Below are positions 46,462 through 50,762 of a DNA stretch of 50,762 bases, one piece after another. The notes under the pieces were generated by a model. It was not told the origin of the DNA. It made no database searches and saw only the letters and a program-made list of their open reading frames with translations. The stretch comes from a virus, in IMG/VR virus record IMGVR_UViG_3300045988_092582, positions 1 to 50,762 of that record; one strand, written 5' to 3'. Within the stretch, counting starts at the first letter, position 1. Every line of letters begins with the position of its first letter. The position numbers and the translations under genes are program-made.

Positions 46462-47805
46462 TCAGGCTTTTCCGAATTTCTGATGATACCTGTACAGCAT
46501 CACGGCAAACTGCCTGCGGGTAACGGGCTGGTCCAGCATCATGTCGCCGTTCGTGTTGCCCAGCATAATGCCGTTCTCCTGCACCCACTGGACCGCCAGA
46601 TCACTTTCAGAAGGATTGTCCACAGTTTCCTCCTTCCAGGCAATCCCCAGATAGTTCAGGATGCCCTTTGCTTCCGCTTCCGCTAGTTTTTGCCGGTATG
46701 CGGAGTTTTTGAGATTTGCGGTGTCTGTTTGATTGGTGTGGAAGCCATGCTCGATCAGAACAGCCGGAGCCACGGTGCCTTTCAAGACATACAGCGACGA
46801 GTCCGCCACAATCGGTGTAGACCTGACAGTAATTCCGGCGTCTTTGACGGCCTCCAGGATATCCTTTGCCGCCTTATAGCCGCTCCCGCTGGTCTTATAG
46901 ACATATGCGCTCCAGCCAGAGGCAGAAGACCAGCCTCCATCTCCAGCGGCGTTGCTGTGCAGGCTCACGAACAAATCCAGGTCTTTGATGGCGTTTGCAA
47001 TCGCACACCGCTGCGCAAGGCTGACTTCCCCGCCGCCAGTCCTGGTCATGGTGACGGCAATGCTATGCCGCTCCAGGATGCTCTGAATGCGTTTCCCCAT
47101 GTCCAGGGCAAACTCATGCTCATAATAGGTTCCGTCCGGGCTTTTGTTGGCGAGGTTTCCCGCGTCATGGCCCGGGTCCAGGACCACCTTCTTCTTTCCC
47201 ACAGTTGTCTCCCCTTTCTTGAGATAGACCAGAATCAAATCATGCACGTTCCTGCTGCTCTGGATGACCGCTCCATTGAAATAACACTGGCTGGAGCCGC
47301 CGCTATCCAGCATAACCGCGGAATCCCATCCTGCCGCCGCCAAATCGTCTCTGAGGGCTTCCGGCGTCCGGGTCATACTCCCTCCGTCCCTCGTACAGTA
47401 CAGGGCCAGAGAGCCGCCCTTGACGCCAATGGCAGAGCGCCCACGTTTGCCGCCCTGCCCCTCGTCATAGATCAATTTGGAGAGTGGCTTTCCGGAAACA
47501 ATCAGCGGTGTGCAAGTGATATAATTGCGCTGAGAGGCGTCTGGCAGCGTGTCCATAGAAATGTCCGGCCCATCATTCCAGGAGTAGCCGGAGACTGTGT
47601 AATCCGGTTTGCAGAGTACCTTCCCGTCTGCTTTCAGGTGGCAATTAGGTACAAACGTGCTCATGTTGTAGAGCGTGCCGTTGAGGATGTAATCCGCCCC
47701 GGTCTCCCTCTGAATTTGAGAGAGAGACCGGCGAGCGGTGTTGATGTAAAGCTGGATGCGCTGGATCTCTTTCAGGGGGATTGTTACCGCCAGATGGTCA
47801 GGCAT
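46462..47805 (-). CDS. three-domain endolysin: phosphodiester glycosidase (DUF2233/NAGPA-like), Amidase_3, SLH-like wall-binding repeat
   Basis: ATG 47805 (SD GGGGAGTGGTGG). GKRGRSAIGVKGGSLALYCTRDG...AVMLDSGGSSQ; VVLDPGHDAGN...LFVSLHSNAAG...IEHGFHTN; AVQWVQENGIMLGNTNGDMMLDQPVTRRQFAVMLYRY. Confidence 0.8.
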   Translation of the reverse strand: MPDHLAVTIPLKEIQRIQLYINTARRSLSQIQRETGADYILNGTLYNMSTFVPNCHLKADGKVLCKPDYTVSGYSWNDGPDISMDTLPDASQRNYITCTPLIVSGKPLSKLIYDEGQGGKRGRSAIGVKGGSLALYCTRDGGSMTRTPEALRDDLAAAGWDSAVMLDSGGSSQCYFNGAVIQSSRNVHDLILVYLKKGETTVGKKKVVLDPGHDAGNLANKSPDGTYYEHEFALDMGKRIQSILERHSIAVTMTRTGGGEVSLAQRCAIANAIKDLDLFVSLHSNAAGDGGWSSASGWSAYVYKTSGSGYKAAKDILEAVKDAGITVRSTPIVADSSLYVLKGTVAPAVLIEHGFHTNQTDTANLKNSAYRQKLAEAEAKGILNYLGIAWKEETVDNPSESDLAVQWVQENGIMLGNTNGDMMLDQPVTRRQFAVMLYRYHQKFGKA

Positions 47806-48076
47806 TTCCACCACTCCCCAGCTGCTTGAAAACCTGATTTGCACCGGTAGCCGCCAGGCCAGACACGATGCCGACAGCCGCAGCGGTGATGTAATCCGTG
47901 GCGGGGAATTCTGGCATAATGAACATGCCCGCAACACCCAGAACGCCGCCAAACACTCCGCAGACAATGGGAATCCACTTGTTGTCAAGCCCGGATGCCT
48001 TCACGCCTTGCCCGATCAGCAGGCAAATGACGGTGATTGCCGCCACACCGGTGATGCCGAGAGAAGAAACATCCAT
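47798..48076 (-). CDS. holin (3 TM, phi LC3/Hol44-like)
   Basis: 92 aa with three hydrophobic segments. Overlaps the endolysin start by 8 nt. Confidence 0.7.
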   Translation of the reverse strand: MDVSSLGITGVAAITVICLLIGQGVKASGLDNKWIPIVCGVFGGVLGVAGMFIMPEFPATDYITAAAVGIVSGLAATGANQVFKQLGSGGNA

Positions 48077-48079
48077 AGA

Positions 48080-48481
48080 TTAAACCCTCCCATGGTCCTT
48101 GTCGTAGTCCGCCATAGACTTGGGCTGATACTTGCAGGACCCGTCCTCGGCATAGATGTACCGCAGAGCGCCCTTCACCACTTCCTGGCCGTGATACTTG
48201 GGCCGGTTGTACACCATATCCTTTTCGGGGATGTACTTGTCGATCTCCTCCTGCCACGCGACAGCGCTGGTGAAGGTGTGCATGGAGGCCCACCAGGGAG
48301 TCTCAACGGGAGCGGGAATAAAGCCCTCCTCCATCTCTTCCTTCGTCCAGCCGCCTCCAGGGTTCTTGTTCGGGTCCAGAGAAAAGTTCGCGCCAGCCTC
48401 TTTCAGCTTCGCGTTGGCTTCCTCCAGGGTGATCTTACCGGCCTTGTACTGCTCCATGATGTCGTTGATAGTCTTGTTCAT
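48080..48481 (-). CDS. hypothetical protein in the lysis cassette
   Basis: 133-aa ORF, SD AAAGGAAG, between the XhlA-like and holin genes. Confidence 0.6.
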   Translation of the reverse strand: MNKTINDIMEQYKAGKITLEEANAKLKEAGANFSLDPNKNPGGGWTKEEMEEGFIPAPVETPWWASMHTFTSAVAWQEEIDKYIPEKDMVYNRPKYHGQEVVKGALRYIYAEDGSCKYQPKSMADYDKDHGRV

Positions 48482-48502
48482 AATATGTACTTCCTTTCTT
48501 TT

Positions 48503-48832
48503 TTACAGCCCGATTCGGGCCAGAATAAACGTAATCACTGCCGCTAGGACCGCCCAAATCACTTTATCCACAATGGAATCCCAGCGCTTCTTTGGGCTGG
48601 CCTGTTCTGTCTCCTGCCATGCGATCAGCTTGTCCAGCTTTTCCATGATGTTGTCATACTGCTCATTCCGGGCGGCCTCTGCCTTTTCCAGGTCTCGAAT
48701 CCGGTCAAACAGTTTTCCATGGGTGTCTCTTGCCTGTTCCTGTAATTTTTCCATCTGCTTTTCTAGCATGTTTGCTTTTTGCAGGCCCAAACAATCCCGC
48801 TGTGGGTCTATGATACATTTTTCATTACTCAT
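48503..48832 (-). CDS. XhlA-like protein (coiled coil plus C-terminal TM)
   Basis: MSNEKC...LEKQMEKLQEQARDTHGKLFDRIRDLEK coiled coil, then VIWAVLAAVITFILARIGL. Architecture matches XhlA of PBSX-like lysis cassettes. Confidence 0.5.
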   Translation of the reverse strand: MSNEKCIIDPQRDCLGLQKANMLEKQMEKLQEQARDTHGKLFDRIRDLEKAEAARNEQYDNIMEKLDKLIAWQETEQASPKKRWDSIVDKVIWAVLAAVITFILARIGL

Positions 48833-48877
48833 GGGCAGCACCGCCTATCTGTGGTATAGTCTTTTTGAGGTGATGAT

Positions 48878-49072
48878 ATGGATATGGATTTGTATAAAGT
48901 TACCGTGATCTGCTCAAAGTGTGGACGAATGGCCCCTTTCACTCTGCCAGATGGTTCCAATATATGGGGTTCTTGGGACTGGCATCATCCCTGTTCCTTT
49001 TGCGGGAAAACTGCATGGGTTGCCCACGAACCGGGCCGGGACTGGAAAACTGGGAAGCCGCTGGACCCTTAA
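48878..49072 (+). CDS. small zinc-ribbon protein (64 aa, plus-strand insert)
   Basis: SD GAGGTGA before the ATG. CSKCGR...CSFCGK. Extended -10 TGgTATAGT at 48852-48860. Confidence 0.55.
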   Translation: MDMDLYKVTVICSKCGRMAPFTLPDGSNIWGSWDWHHPCSFCGKTAWVAHEPGRDWKTGKPLDP

Positions 49073-49162
49073 GGTCTGGCGCGCATACTTGATCTCGCTT
49101 TTTATGAAAAAGCCTGTGTGATTTGCTTGTTGAAAATGTATGGACATTACGCCACAAAGATT

Positions 49163-49660
49163 TCATGTTACTTTGTATACTCTCACATCAGTGCCAGGAG
49201 CATTCATATCGGTAACATTTCCTGATAATGTCAGATATGAGCTATATTTCATATAAATTAAGGTGCCCTGCACGGCATTGAATGAGTCTCCACTTGCTGT
49301 ACTAGGGGTTACTAATACACTAGTCTGAATAAGATAGCCTGCATTCAAAGCTGTAAAATATATACGAATATTATCAGATATACCTGAATTTGTAATCGTG
49401 ATCCTTTTCACAGCTGGCGCTTTAACAGATAGTGTACCCACAACATTAACACCGGACACGCTTGTAAATGTCTTTCCACTCGTTACATCTGCCGCAGTAG
49501 CGGTTCCCAGGTTTGCAAGCATATCACAAACTTCTGCCGTGCCAGTGATTATTTCACCGCTGCTATCTATGGCCTGTTTTCCGGCAGCTAGATTCTCCGC
49601 TGTTGCTGGATTAGACAGCTCTGGAAGAGATGTACCAATGATCATCTGATTTGCAATCAT
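49163..49660 (-). CDS. fibre/receptor-binding protein, paralog of 3747..4514
   Basis: ATG 49660 with SD GAAGGAGG. LPELSNPATAENLAAGKQAIDSSGEIITGT and LGTATAADVTSGKTFTSVSGVNVVGT align with the 3747..4514 product. C-terminus is unrelated and AT-richer. Confidence 0.7.
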   Translation of the reverse strand: MIANQMIIGTSLPELSNPATAENLAAGKQAIDSSGEIITGTAEVCDMLANLGTATAADVTSGKTFTSVSGVNVVGTLSVKAPAVKRITITNSGISDNIRIYFTALNAGYLIQTSVLVTPSTASGDSFNAVQGTLIYMKYSSYLTLSGNVTDMNAPGTDVRVYKVT

Positions 49661-49673
49661 GTGTCCTCCTTCA

Positions 49674-50762
49674 TCATGGGAGTTTTTGAAGACGGCAGCC
49701 GATGTTATTGCTTGTCCCTGCAGCGGAATTCTGTCCATTTAGATGGAATGCACCGTAATCATGGCTTTGTCCATAGGAACCACCAATAAGCAGTACAGCT
49801 CCATTTGCATTGTAGAAACATTTATCACATACGAAAGTGCTCTCGCTCCCAGACACCGCGTTTGGGTACAATGCGTATTCATAGCCCTCTGCCGTTGGAT
49901 TCGTCCAGGCAGAAATAAAGCCGATAGACGTAGCCCTCTGCCCTACCAGCACCCCGTTTTCTGCATCACTAAAGTTATCAGGGTTTTTAATGCAGTACAC
50001 ATTGGCACCCGAAAAGTAAACACCATCACAAATGGTGACTGCATTATCCCACAAACCTTCGATATGACGGTACTGACAGCATCCGTATGTGTCGCGACTA
50101 GCTGCGCTGGTGCCTGTATGATACACCATAGCGTCCGTCAAACCCATATTAAACATCTGTTTGTTGGGGGAGCAACCGTAGCCGATGGTGGCCTGGCTGT
50201 TCCAGTTGGCGTACTCCACCAGGTAGAGCATCATGATCGTCCAGTACATGGCGAAGTCGTACTGCCAGATGGTGCCCCCCAGGTTGTGGATGGAAGTTCT
50301 CGCCGTGGCTTTTGTAATATTTCCTAGCGGTTGGCTGCCGGCTTGGGATTTATAGGACATGCTGCAGTGGTAGCGGCCCACATACACCACGTCCCGCTCT
50401 CCATGGCCGTCTCCCCGATCCGCGTGGGCGGGAGAGACGTGAAATCCATCCTCCGGCCCGTCCGCGATCTGCAGTTTCATGGTGTTTCCGCTGCGGGTCC
50501 ACTTGTACCAGTATTTCGGAATTTTCACCAGTGTGCCCGCCACAGCATCCTCCTCAATCACCATGCCGCTCCATGGCATGAGGTTGTCAAAGGGACTGCT
50601 GCCGTTGCCGTTGTTGACTGCGGGCGATGGATTTCCAAAACCGGCTGCCTCGTCTGTCCTCGTCCATGTAGTAGCCGCGCTTCCATCCCATTCCGCTCCA
50701 TAAATATGGGCTGTTGGCGCAGGAGGCTCCGTGCTTTTCACATCAGTAATAACTATATACAC
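49674..50762 (-). CDS. tail fibre protein, C-terminal part of the junction-spanning CDS; FGE-sulfatase / C-type-lectin-like domain
   Basis: The frame is open to the window edge; the first track residue is GTG read as M, not a real start. Unique part 49674-50707 plus 1-415 gives 1449 nt (482 aa). C-terminus ...AVLLIGGSYGQSHDYGAFHLNGQNSAAGTSNNIGCRLQKLP resembles the rGGs......iGfR ending of FGE-sulfatase-fold domains. Confidence 0.8.
   Translation of the reverse strand: MYIVITDVKSTEPPAPTAHIYGAEWDGSAATTWTRTDEAAGFGNPSPAVNNGNGSSPFDNLMPWSGMVIEEDAVAGTLVKIPKYWYKWTRSGNTMKLQIADGPEDGFHVSPAHADRGDGHGERDVVYVGRYHCSMSYKSQAGSQPLGNITKATARTSIHNLGGTIWQYDFAMYWTIMMLYLVEYANWNSQATIGYGCSPNKQMFNMGLTDAMVYHTGTSAASRDTYGCCQYRHIEGLWDNAVTICDGVYFSGANVYCIKNPDNFSDAENGVLVGQRATSIGFISAWTNPTAEGYEYALYPNAVSGSESTFVCDKCFYNANGAVLLIGGSYGQSHDYGAFHLNGQNSAAGTSNNIGCRLQKLP
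50708..50762. repeat. 55-bp exact copy of 1-55 (terminal overlap of a circular contig)
   Basis: Identical to positions 1-55. Confidence 0.95.

Noticed and set aside
49674-49820. Possible diversity-generating retroelement (DGR) targeting the C-lectin/FGE-like C-terminus of the fibre
   Set aside because: No reverse-transcriptase-like ORF exists anywhere in the 50.7 kb, and I found no second (template) copy of the 3' end of the gene.
1-50762. Transposases/IS elements, restriction-modification genes, known exotoxins, antibiotic-resistance genes
   Set aside because: None of the ORFs shows the corresponding motifs (no DDE/HUH transposase, methyltransferase or similar motifs).

Overview
The window is one complete, circularly closed temperate siphovirus-type phage genome. 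Positions 1-55 are identical to 50708-50762, so the unique length is 50,707 bp. Joining the ends restores an in-frame 1449-nt tail-fibre gene. Host signals point to a moderately GC-rich Firmicute or Clostridia-like spore former: GGAGG-type ribosome-binding sites (SD), an SLH-like wall-binding endolysin and a large serine integrase. Nearly all lytic genes lie on the minus strand in one colinear series. It starts with a Cro-like HTH gene at 38.8 kb. Next comes a recombination/replication module: a 3D-domain protein, Sak4-like ATPase, PD-(D/E)XK nuclease, DUF669-like SSB, ERCC4 nuclease, CHC2 primase finger, SF3 helicase and a GTAACGA iteron origin. About 25 small early genes follow, including Lar-like, MazZ-like NTP pyrophosphatase, YopX and DUF551 proteins. 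A 580-bp non-coding region carrying a tRNA-Gln(UUG) separates these from the late genes. The late series is antirepressor, terS/terL, portal, a MuF protein with a toxin-like C-terminus, scaffold, decoration protein, capsid, connectors, tail tube, chaperones, tape measure and tail tip. A long fibre/receptor-binding series then crosses the contig junction and leads into the lysis cassette. An 8-gene cargo cluster (45281-41729) follows and converges on the serine integrase gene. The plus strand carries only visibly AT-richer units, most with a near-consensus sigma70-type promoter that I could read. These are a DUF4352 membrane protein plus an 89-aa gene inside the tail operon, a zinc-ribbon/DUF4145 protein, small unknowns, a 172-aa unknown upstream of the CI-like repressor and integrase, an NYN nuclease-like gene, a 64-aa zinc-ribbon gene, and a promoter-plus-terminator unit that looks like an OOP-like antisense sRNA. 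The supplied ORF track has a 60-aa floor and cannot see the junction gene, so about 15 short genes were added by hand translation. The most novel-looking content is the cargo cluster, which combines a Cys-triplet/Gly-rich membrane protein, a BclA/C1q-like jelly-roll protein, Q/P/Y-rich and R/G/S/Y-rich proteins and a Cys-His papain-fold protein. I read it, speculatively, as a cross-linked spore- or envelope-surface cassette. All family calls rest on motif recognition by eye; no searches were run.
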